Below are positions 9,898 through 18,512 of a DNA stretch of 44,967 nt, one piece after another. This stretch comes from an uncultured delta proteobacterium (lineage in GTDB: Bacteria > Myxococcota_A > Polyangia > Polyangiales > Polyangiaceae): positions 300,948-345,914 of the forward strand of contig CAVSWE010000003.1 in NCBI GenBank assembly GCA_963731595.1, given 5' to 3'. How positions within the stretch are numbered: position 1 is the first letter of the stretch; every line of letters begins with the position of its first letter. Position numbers and translations under genes: made by a program. The notes under the pieces are model-generated. The model searched no databases, was not told the DNA's origin, and worked only from the letters and a program-made list of their open reading frames with translations.

Positions 9898-10856
9898 ACT
9901 GGATCGATCGCCTGCGCGCGCCGCTGTTCGTGTCCTGGCAGATCACGCGCGACTGCGACCTGTGCTGCCTGCATTGCTGCACCGAGTCGGCGCCGGGGAA
10001 GCGGTTGCCGGACGAACTCGACGCTGCCGAAGCGACGTGGCTGGCCGAGGAGATCGTCCGCAACGCAGTGCCCTACGTGATGCTTTGCGGCGGCGAGCCT
10101 TTGGTCGTGCCGCACTTTTTCGCCCTTGCCGAAGTCGCTGGGGCGGGCAGGCGTCCAGCTGAAGATCGAGACGAACGGGCAGCGCTTCGATGCCAAACTC
10201 GCCGCCCGGCTCGCCCGCCTGCCCGTCCGGTCGGTACAGATTAGCCTGGACGGCGACACACAGGAGGTCTACGAGCGCCAGCGGCCCGGGCGGCTTCGCT
10301 CGCCAAAGCCCATGCGGCCTGCCGCGCCGCTCGTGCGGCCGGGCTGCCGCTCGAAGTCACCTTTGCGCCGACCCGGCTCAACATTCACCAGGCCGGGCCG
10401 GTCATCGAGCGGGCGCGGGCGCTTGGTGCCTTTCGCTTCAATACCGGGCGGCTCATGCGCATCGGCACCGCCGCGCGGCTGTGGGAGAAGCTCGAGCCTT
10501 GCCGAGGAGCAATACCGGGAATTCCGCGCCTGTTGAACCGCATGGCCCGGCGCCTAGAGGGGCAACTGGAGATTTGCCATGCTCCGTTTGACCTCGCGGA
10601 AGGGCTGCGCGGCAGCCTCCAGAACGCCGCCGGCAACCCTGCTCGTGCTGCCCAACGGCTGGGTCAAGGTTGCCGCGGCACTGCCGCAGATCTGCGCTGA
10701 CTTGCGCCGCCATAGCCTTGACGGAGGCCTGGGAGGCCTACCGCAACGCGTGGCGGAGTGATACAGTGCTGGCGGAAGTACGGCGCGCGGTCGCCGATCC
10801 ATCGCGTCACGCGCGAGGCCAACAGTTGGCAGTTGTTGCCCGTCGCCCCGGTGTGA
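9894..10856 (+). pseudogene. Radical SAM peptide-maturase-like protein, paralog 2, needing about 6-7 frame changes to read
   Basis: Recognisable pieces lie in alternating frames: MNWIDRLRAPLFVSWQITRDCDLCCLHCCTESAPGK, LCGGEPLVVP, VQLKIETNGQRF, VQISLDGDTQEVYERQRPG, AAGLPLEVTFAPTRLNIHQAGPVIERARALGAFRFNTGRLMRIGTAARLWEKLEP, EEQYREFRA, LNRMARRLEGQLEICHAPFD, LLVLPNGWVKVAAALPQICADLRRHSLD, EAWEAYRNAWRSDTVLAEV. The stop is at 10854-10856 or 10859-10861. Confidence 0.7.
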
Positions 10857-10871
10857 CCTGACGGAGGGAAA

Positions 10872-11026
10872 ATGAGCGAGTTGAACCTGACGATCGAAGC
10901 CGCCAAGACCGGCGACGAACGCAAGACCGATACGGTGCAGCCGGCGCAAAAGCCGCATGGGAAACGCCCAAGCTCGAGGACGTGTCCGAGCAGGTGATGG
11001 CCCAACCGTATATCCGCTTCACCTGA
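10872..11026 (+). CDS. Candidate precursor peptide (PqqA/MftA-like), with one frame disruption in an A4 run
   Basis: GGAGGG sits 3-4 nt before the ATG at 10872. Frame 0 reads MSELNLTIEAAKTGDERKTDTVQPAQK, and after the aaaa run at 10948-10951 the -1 frame reads AAWETPKLEDVSEQVMAQPYIRFT-stop at 11024-11026. The second frame has no start codon of its own upstream. The gene lies between radical SAM paralogs 2 and 3. Confidence 0.6.
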
Positions 11027-11045
11027 GATACCCAGAACTTTCGCA

Positions 11046-12013
11046 ATGCCGGGGCGTTCGGTAGAAGAGTACCGAGCACCCCTTTTTCTTGCCTGGCAGC
11101 TGACCAACCGCTGCGCTGCGCGCTGCATCACCTGCTGCGAGGAATCCGGTCCCGATAAGGCATGGGGCGATGAGCTTTCCCGTGACGAGGCGATCGCGCT
11201 TGCACGGCGCATCGCGGCGTTCGGCATCGCCTACGTTGCCTTCGGCGGCGGCGAGCCGCTAGGTGTACCGCATTGCTGGGATCTGCTCGAGCTGCTCGCC
11301 GCGGCCGGCATCGCTCTTAAGATCGAGACCGACGGCAGTCACATCGACGCTTCCGCGGCCGATCGGCTCTCGGCGCTCGGCGTCGAGTGCATCCAAATTT
11401 CGGTCGACGGAGCGACAGCGGCGACGCATGAGCGCGTGCGTCCGGGATCGAGCTTCGCCGCGGCGGTCGCCGCCATCGAGCGACTGGTCGCGCGCGGTCG
11501 TGCACCGCAATTGGTGTTCGTTCCCACCCGCTTCAACTGCACGAGATCGTCGCCGCGTTCGATCTGGCGGCAACGCTCGGCTGCGGCGCATTCGTCACCG
11601 GCCCGCTGATGCGCATCGGCCGCGCCGCGGGCGCACTGGCAGCGCATCGCCTGCAGCAGACGAGGAGTGGCGCGCCGCGGTTACCGCGTTGAGAGAACGC
11701 ACCGCGTCGATGCGGCCCCGGAATGGCCCTTGTCGATCTATCCTTGGGACATTCGTTGCGGAGATGGAAACGCGGCTCGAGCGACCGCAGGCGATGCTGC
11801 TGGTCGTGCCCAACGGCAAGGTCAAGCTGCTCAATGCGCTCCCGTTCGCCGCCGCCGACCTGCGCCGCGATTCGCTCGAGGACGCGTGGCGGGCCTATCG
11901 CGACGCCTGGCATGCGCCGGAGGTGCGCGAATTCATCACCCGCTGCCGCAGCCAATCCAGCGCTGCTGATGCACGCCAATGAGACATGGCCGATGGTTAG
12001 GAACGACGGTTGA
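11046..12013 (+). pseudogene. Radical SAM peptide-maturase-like protein, paralog 3, needing about 5-6 frame changes to read
   Basis: Recognisable pieces: APLFLAWQLTNRCAARCITCCEESGPDK, FGGGEPLGVP, ALKIETDGSHI, IQISVDGATAATHERVRPGSSF, FVPTRFN then LHEIVAAFDLAATLGCGAFVTGPLMRIGRAAG, DEEWRAAVTALRER, EMETRLERPQAMLLVVPNGKVKLLNALPFAAADLRRDSLEDAWRAYRDAWHAPEVREFI. The C-terminus is either ...SAADARQ (stop at 11982) or NPALLMHANETWPMVRNDG (stop at 12013). Confidence 0.7.
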
Positions 12014-12112
12014 CCCCCGCGCCAGAAACCCCAATACTTAAGCGGCTGTGATTGAATACTTACCCGTCGTAGCGAAGCTTTTGAGGGCCCGGGAGCCCGC
12101 TGATCGGTTGCG

Positions 12113-12442
12113 ATGCATCGACTGACATTGGGACTACTCGCCGCCTGCACCGCTGGCGCAATCGCGGTTGCGGCCCAGCCAGCGCCGGACAGCTCCCGCG
12201 GCGAGCTCCTCTATTCCACCCATTGCATCGGTTGCCATAGCGCGCAGGTGCATTGGCGCGAAAAGAGGCTGGCGACAGACTGGGCAAGTCTCAGGATGCA
12301 AGTATTTCGATGGCAGATGAACACGGGCCTCGCCTGGAGCGACGAGGACATCGTCGCTGTCACCCGCTATCTGAACGATCTCTACTACCGTTTTCCGACG
12401 CCGGACAGGCCGGTGGCATTTCAGGGGTCGTCGGGTAACTGA
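12113..12442 (+). CDS. Small periplasmic monohaem cytochrome c
   Basis: An intact 109-aa ORF with a signal peptide (MHRLTLGLLAACTAGAIAVAAQP) and a single CIGCH haem-binding motif. Confidence 0.8.
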   Translation: MHRLTLGLLAACTAGAIAVAAQPAPDSSRGELLYSTHCIGCHSAQVHWREKRLATDWASLRMQVFRWQMNTGLAWSDEDIVAVTRYLNDLYYRFPTPDRPVAFQGSSGN

Positions 12443-12585
12443 TCCCGGGCTGCCGCGTCAAATCGATGTGAGTCGCTCGTTCTTTGCCGTCGACAAATGC
12501 TCTAGCTCGGGAGGCGCGCGCATACGACGGTCGAGTCCATCTCCCAGCGAGTGATCACTCGTGCCCCCAACGCGAGTGTACTGTT

Positions 12586-13095
12586 CTAGCTTGGCCGCCG
12601 CTGCAATAACGTGCCCAGGAGCAGAGCGAAGCCCAGGAAAATGACAAGCGACGCTTGCGCCAGAGTAAGTCCCAGGATCTTAAAGGACGTATCGGAACAG
12701 TCTCCCGTGGCATGCAGCAGTTGGGTCAGTACTTCGCTGACCGCCATGGTGTCCAGCATGTAGGCCAGGCCGGCACTGCAAGAGGCGACGCTTGGTGCCG
12801 GAAAAAGTTGCAGGTACGTCTGATAGCCGGCGACCCCGAGTCCTTCCAACGTCAGGATCGCAGCCATCCAAAGGAGAGCCCGCTGTACTCGACCTTGGGG
12901 CCGCGCCACGGCTGCGGCAAAGAAGACGGGTATCAGGCCAAGATACGTGAGCCGTTGGATGATGCACAAGGGGCACGGTTCGATCCCCAGTATGTGCTGG
13001 ACAAAAAAGCTTGCACCGACAAGACCGGTGCAGGTCACTCCAAGCAAGATCGAAACTTGGGCAGGAGAAGTCAGCACACGCGAAAGCCTATTCAC
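12586..13095 (-). CDS. dsbB: Disulfide bond formation protein B
   Basis: An intact 169-aa four-TM protein with CPLCIIQR in the first periplasmic loop and a second Cys pair region (SCSAG ... DCSD). Confidence 0.85.
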   Translation of the reverse strand: MNRLSRVLTSPAQVSILLGVTCTGLVGASFFVQHILGIEPCPLCIIQRLTYLGLIPVFFAAAVARPQGRVQRALLWMAAILTLEGLGVAGYQTYLQLFPAPSVASCSAGLAYMLDTMAVSEVLTQLLHATGDCSDTSFKILGLTLAQASLVIFLGFALLLGTLLQRRPS

Positions 13096-13511
13096 GGAAA
13101 TCGGCCGGCAATGCAGCTCCCCGCGGGACCCAGTACGCTAGGGGAATTTTGCCACGTCCGAGCCTGATCTCAGAAGTTTCTCCTCCGCAAAGGGCTGCTT
13201 CACCGCCCCAGGCCCGACGCGCGGAGCTTGGCCGCAATGGCTGGTGAATTTCGGCTTCACGACCCGGTGATCGCCCGGAGGCGCATCGCGAAATGCGCCT
13301 GGTCTGCGCCAAAGTGGCGCGAACGGCGCCTGGTTGACAGTCGGGGAATCGCCTGGCGGTTGCATGTTAAATCAATAACTTGCGACGCTTACCCTCTTAG
13401 TTGCGCATGAATTAGCGTCGTTGGAGTTTCCTTGAGGTACATCAACAGCCCAGATACGGCTTGGCTATAGGCTTCGTATTGCGGTGCAACAAAATCACGT
13501 CAGGAGCGCCC

Positions 13512-14327
13512 ATGGAGTTTCAAGGAAAAGTTGCGGTAATTACCGGTGCGGCCAGCGGCATCGGACGGGCGGTGGCGTTTGAATTGGCGCGCCGCAACGT
13601 GCGCGCGATGGCGCTGGTGGACATAGGCGAGAACATCGATGGCGTCGCCGCAGAAGTCAATGCGAAGGCCGGCCGTCAGGTCGCCTACCCTTACCGGGGC
13701 GATACGACCGACGAGGCGTTTCGCGCTTCGGTTTTCGATTCCATCAGTAGCCAGTTCGACACCGTCACGATGTGCGTGCCGGCCGCCGGCATCACGCGCG
13801 ACGAACTTGCAGTCCGTATCGACAAGATCACTGGCAAGGCACGGATCTATCCGGTGGACCGGTTCAAGCAGGTCATCGATGTGAACCTCGTGGCGCCGGT
13901 CTACTGGGCGCTCGAGATGATCGGACGCATCGCCGAGAATCGCGCCGCCTGCGGCCTCAAGCGATGGCAGCCGTCGGAGGGCATGCAAGGGGCCATAGTG
14001 TTCATCGGCTCAGTTTCTTCGCAGGGCAATCGTGGCCAGATCTCCTACGCCAGCGCCAAGGCCGGCCTCGAGGGAGCGGCCGCGACGATTATGAAGGAGG
14101 CGGTTTTCTACGGCGTTCGCTGCGGGCTTATCCACCCGGGGTTCACCGACACACCTATGGTGCGCGCAATGGGTGATGACTACATCAGCAAGCACATATT
14201 ACCTTTCACCCAATTGAGCCGGTTGATTCGCCCCGAGGAAATTGCCGATGCGATCTGCTTCATGCTCGCCAACTCGGCGGTGAGCGGCGAATTGTGGGCG
14301 GACGCAGGCTGGCATGCACCCGCGTAG
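13512..14327 (+). CDS. Short-chain dehydrogenase/reductase (SDR) family oxidoreductase
   Basis: CAGGAG precedes the ATG at 13512. The cofactor motif is MEFQGKVAVITGAASGIGRA (TGxxxGxG), and YASAKAG is the catalytic YxxxK. The ORF is intact. Confidence 0.88.
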   Translation: MEFQGKVAVITGAASGIGRAVAFELARRNVRAMALVDIGENIDGVAAEVNAKAGRQVAYPYRGDTTDEAFRASVFDSISSQFDTVTMCVPAAGITRDELAVRIDKITGKARIYPVDRFKQVIDVNLVAPVYWALEMIGRIAENRAACGLKRWQPSEGMQGAIVFIGSVSSQGNRGQISYASAKAGLEGAAATIMKEAVFYGVRCGLIHPGFTDTPMVRAMGDDYISKHILPFTQLSRLIRPEEIADAICFMLANSAVSGELWADAGWHAPA

Positions 14328-14631
14328 CCGCGGTGACCTGGCAGCTTCGAGCGAGGGTCCTACCGCTGCTCCGCCGACGCGGGATGAGGCCGTCGACACG
14401 GAGGGTGAATCCGAGGTGCCGGCGCGCGGCGCCCAGCGGCAATGGCCCGGAACGGATCCGAACCAGTTTCCTTGGACTAAGGCTCTCGCCGGCGATCCCA
14501 GTCTTGTCGCGCCGGTGATTGCCTCGCCGGAGGAGATCCTCCGTGCCCGGGAAATACGAGAGCAACTCAAGAAGACATACTTAGATCGCCCAAGCCAACC
14601 TTGCTCCCTATGGTGGGTTGATATTGACTAA
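14314..14631 (+). CDS. Hypothetical protein (Pro/Ala/Glu-rich N-terminus, C-terminus ...EEILRAREIREQLKKTYLDRPSQPCSLWWVDID)
   Basis: This is an open frame only, overlapping the SDR stop by 14 nt. I do not recognise the family. Confidence 0.25.
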   Translation: MHPRSRGDLAASSEGPTAAPPTRDEAVDTEGESEVPARGAQRQWPGTDPNQFPWTKALAGDPSLVAPVIASPEEILRAREIREQLKKTYLDRPSQPCSLWWVDID

Positions 14632-14904
14632 GTAACCCGTAGCCGGGTCGCCAATTTTCGGGCCAATGTTAGACGAACCCGCCATCTTGTGCCGTGAACA
14701 GCAGATCCCATGGACTGTCGCCAGTGCCGATCCAATATGAAATCAATCCTTCTTCTCGACCTTACGCGAACTCAGCGAGAAAATGTAGCACTTGCAGTAT
14801 TGCAATAGGGTTTCGGGAGCTTGGGCTGTTGCACCGTGGACATTATGGCGACGCAAGGAGCTCCAGCGCGAGGGCTCGAGGCAACCGATGATCTGCGAAC
14901 GCTC

Positions 14905-16553
14905 TTATGGACGCGCGGCGTCGATGCGCTCGCGGACCGCCCGCCACGCATCCGGCTGGCGCGCCTGCTCGAGCGGCGCTTCGCTATCGTAGGCGACGAC
15001 GAACGCCTGCTCCTCCGGCGCGAGGGGCTCGCACGTACGTAGCTGATAATCGAGCACCGCCAAATCGGCGTCCGAAGCGTCGGATCCTGCCGCGGCACGC
15101 TGCGCTATGCGCTCCCGAAGGGTCGAGTGCGCGCCATGAAATCCACGATCACGAAGGCGATGCCGAGCTCGATCGCGAGATTGCGGAAGAGGTCTCGCTG
15201 CCAGCGGTTGAGGAAAGTCGCGTCGATAATTGCAACGAAGCCGGCACCGACCACCTCTCGCGCCAGCGCGCCAAGCTCCCGGTATGTCGCCTCCGTCGCG
15301 CCGGCCGCGTACAGGCCACGATCGATGCCCGTCGCACCGCGCTCGTGGGCGTCGAGCCCGTGCATGCGCTTGCGCTCGACGTCGCTGCGGATTCGCACCG
15401 CGCCGATCGTCTCCAGCAGCACTCTGCGACAGGGTGGTCTTGCCGCAGCCGGCGAGCCCGTGGGTGACGAGGAGCGCGGGCCGTGTCGGCTGCGCGTAGC
15501 TTCGCGCCAGAGTCACGTGCGCGCGGTATTCGGCAAGCAATGCGCGTCGCGCTGCGCCGGCTTCGAGCTGTGCCGCGCGCAGCCGCGCGATCTTGGCGCG
15601 CACCATCGCGCGGTACACGAGATAGAAGCGCAGCACGGTCAGGCCAGCGTAGTCCCCCGTCCGCTCCAGGTACGCGTTGAGGAAGCGACGGGCCAGATCG
15701 ACTCGTCCGCGATAGTGGAGATCCATGACCGTGAACGCGACCTCGTTCATCACATCAATCCAGCGCATCGCCTCGTTGAATTCGATGCAATCGAAAATGA
15801 CAAGCTCGTCGTCGATGCGCGCGATGTTGTTGAGATGCAGGTCGCCGTGGCACTCGCGGATGAAGCCTTCCTTGCGCCGCCGCAGGAATGCGCCTTGGCA
15901 CGCGGCATGCTCGCGGTCGGTCCAGACGCGGAGCTCTTCGAGCTCGTCGCGTTCCGCCGCCGTCGCCACGTGCGGTCGGAACTGCGCGAAATTTTGCCGC
16001 GCGACGCGCAGAATCTCCTCCGGCGAGCCGAATGTGCCGTCGCGAGGAACGACACCGCTCGAGTCGTGAAAGGCGGCGACCTTCGCCGCCAGCGCATCAA
16101 TGTCGGCGGGTGAGAGCTCGCCGCGCGCCAGGATGCGGCTGGCCAGCGCGTCCTGCGGGAACTCGCGCATCTTCACCGCGTACTCGAGTGCCGGACCGTC
16201 GCCGCCGAGGACCGGAGCGTCAATGCTGCCCGTTATCGGCACGACGTCGAGGTAGAGCGCGGGTGCAAGCCGGCGATTGAGGCGCAACTCCTCTGTGCAG
16301 AAGAATCGCCGCGCCGCGAGTGTCGTGAAATCGAGAAAGCCGAAGTCGACCGCTTTCTTGATCTTGTACGCGTAGTGCCCGGCCAGGAAAACGCAGGAGA
16401 TGTGCGTTTCCAGCCGCTCGACGCGCCGCAGTCCGGCCCGAAGACCGCGGGACGGGAGAGCGCCGCCAGCAGTCGAACCTGATCCGTCTCGGTTGCGACG
16501 AGGGTCGTGGCCCGCTCGGGCGGCATGCGGTGGAAGATGCGTGGTGGCATCTG
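14905..16553 (-). pseudogene. Bifunctional aminoglycoside-phosphotransferase-like / P-loop (AAA_33-type) kinase, with at least 3 frame disruptions
   Basis: Pieces in different frames: ...LLAALSRPAVFGPD; VERLETHISCVFLAGHYAYKIKKAVDFGFLDFTTLAARRFFCTEELRLNRRLAPALYLDVVPITG; HGDLHLNNI (kinase catalytic loop); THGLAGCGKTTLSQ (P-loop); LLETIGAVRIRSDVERKRMHGL...FVAIIDATFLNRWQRDLF. Confidence 0.7.
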
Positions 16554-16569
16554 GCCGCCTGAAACTGAT

Positions 16570-17051
16570 TCAGCCCGTGAACTCATGCGCCCTGACCTGG
16601 CCGTGCTGGCGGCGAGCGACGTCTTTCAGCCGCGCGGTGAGGCTCGCGAAGCCGTCGCGCAGCGCGACATACACTTCCTCGTCGTGGTCGCAATTGACGA
16701 CGAGCTCGTGGCCCGGAAGATCCGTGAGGTCCGGATTGCCACCATGCGACGGCATCTGTCGGACACCCTTAAGCGCATTCTTTTCCGCACCCGCCCGGTG
16801 CTCCAACTTCAGCCGGTCAAGCAGCGGTGCCGCGTCCGGAAGGCGCACACGCAAAAGCTGGAACAGATACTGATCCTCCTTGGGATGGTGAAAGCACTCG
16901 CGGAATGCATCGATGTAATAGATCATCGCCCCAGCACGCCGAAATCCGACGTGGCTCCCCGGTCGCGGATCTGGTGCACCAGATAAAGCATGCCGTGCAA
17001 GACCGCCGCCAGCGAACGGTGTTCGTCCTGAATGGCGCGGTTCGCCTGCAT
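16570..17051 (-). CDS. Hemerythrin-like (HHE cation-binding) domain protein, with one frame disruption near 16925
   Basis: Reads MQANRAIQDEHRSLAAVLHGMLYLVHQIRDRGATSDFGVLG, then shifts to AMIYYIDAFRECFHHPKEDQYLFQLL...LEHRAG. The start is 26 nt downstream of the reconstructed hemN stop. Confidence 0.6.
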
Positions 17052-17076
17052 ATTCGTCCTTCTTTCCCGAATGCAT

Positions 17077-18478
17077 CAGATGATGCGCGAGTTGCGCGCC
17101 GCCCACGCTGCTCACGCAGGTAACGGTCGAATACCATCGCCACCGTGCGAACTAAGAGCCGACCGCGCGGCGTCACGTGGATCGCGTCCGATGCGATTTC
17201 GACCAACCCGTCGTCGGCCAGCGGTGCAAGTGACTTGAGCTCGGTTGCGAAGTAATCGCGGAACGCGATGGCGTACGCGCTCTCGACGCGCTCGAACGAG
17301 ACGGTGAATTGGCACATGAACGCGTGGATCACATCGCGCCGCAAAACGGTCGTCGGCAGAAAGCCGCCAGCCGCGAAAACATGGTAGCGCATCGTCGTCG
17401 AGCCGGGCGTAGTAATCATCCAGAGTACGCAGATTCTGGCTGTAGGACGCACCGACCTTGCCGATTGCGGAAATACCGAATGCCAAAAGATCGCAATCAG
17501 CGTGCGTCGAGTAGCCTTGAAAATTGCGGTGCAGCTTGCCTCACGCTGTGCGACAGCAAGCGCGTCGTCGGGCCGCGCGAAATGATCCATGCCGATGTAG
17601 ACGTAACCGGCGCCGGTCAACTTTTCGATTGCAAGCTCAAGAAGGGCTAACTTGGCCTCCGCCGACGGCAACTCCGCTTCGCTGATGCGCCGCTGCGGCT
17701 TAAACAGATGTGGCACGTGCGCATAGCTGTATAGCGCAAGTCTATCCGGCGCACCGTCGAGCACCTTGTCCAACGTGACGGCCGAAGCCGGCCAAAGTCT
17801 GCCGCGGGAGACCATAGATTAAGTCGATGTTTAAGGAGCGGAAGCCATTCGCACGTGCGGCGTCGAGTACAAATGCGAGTCTCGGCTTCCGATTGAATGC
17901 GGTTCACCGCCTGTTGTACGGCTGGGTCGAAGTCCTGTACGCCGATGCTCATCCGGTTGAAGCCAAGCTCCGAGAGAAGCTTAACCGTCCCGGCGACGCC
18001 AAATGGCGGGGGTCGACTTCGATCGAGCATTCGGCGTCAGGCACAAACGCAAAGCTGTCGTGTAGGACACGCCATAGCAACTGTCATTTCCTCGGCCGAC
18101 AGGAACGTCGGCGTGCCGCCGCCCCAGTGCAACTGTGTGACGGGGGACGCCGAATCGACGAGCCCCGACACGATTGCGACCTCCCTGCCGAGATAGTGGA
18201 TATATTTTGCGGAGCGGCCATGGTCCCGGGTCGTGACCTTGTTGCACGCGCAGTAGTAGCAGATGGTGTTGCAGAACGGCACGTGCACGTACAGCGACAG
18301 CGGCTGCGGCGCGCCGGCTCTGGCGGTTGACAAGCGCGTTAGCGAGATGGTCGGCGGTGAATGCTTCCGTAAAGCGATCTGCCGTCGGATAGGAGGTGTA
18401 GCGCGGCCCAAAGCCATCGTACTTGCGGATCAGATCCGAGTCGAACGGGAGGCCTGTAGTCGGCGTGCAGTGAACCAT
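17077..18478 (-). pseudogene. hemN: Oxygen-independent coproporphyrinogen III oxidase (radical SAM HemN), needing about 6 frame changes to read
   Basis: HemN-collinear pieces: FDSDLIRKYDGFGPRYTSYPTA; PLSLYVHVPFCNTICYYCACNK (CxxxCxxC); LHWGGGTPTFLS; [25 protein letters not shown]; [22 protein letters not shown]; GYVYIGMDHFARPDDALAVAQREA; GISAIGKVGASYSQNLRTLDDYY; RDVIHAFMCQF; GLVEIASDAIHVTPRGRLLVRTVAMVFDRYLREQ; the terminal ARNSRII-stop lies in a third frame. Confidence 0.85.
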
Positions 18479-18512
18479 GTTGGCATCGTGCCAGCCGACC
18501 ATTGCTTTGAAC

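Noticed and set aside
7940-12013. Programmed ribosomal frameshifting or another recoding mechanism as the explanation for the frame changes in the rSAM cluster.
   Set aside because: There are too many events (about 20), including close compensating pairs, with no recurring slippery heptamer or downstream structure. The same kind of lesions occur in unrelated genes (hemN, kinase, IS transposase). Indel errors or decay are the more economical explanations.
12113-13095. Counting cytochrome c and dsbB as members of the peptide-maturation operon.
   Set aside because: Cytochrome c is separated from rSAM-3 by about 100 nt, and dsbB is on the opposite strand. The adjacency is suggestive context only, so they are not included in the cluster call.
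14792-14805. The perfect palindrome TTGCA-GTAT-TGCAA, resembling a Crp/Fnr-family site.
   Set aside because: It lies between the 3' ends of convergent genes (14631 and 14905), so it has no obvious promoter to control. It may be coincidental or part of a bidirectional terminator region.
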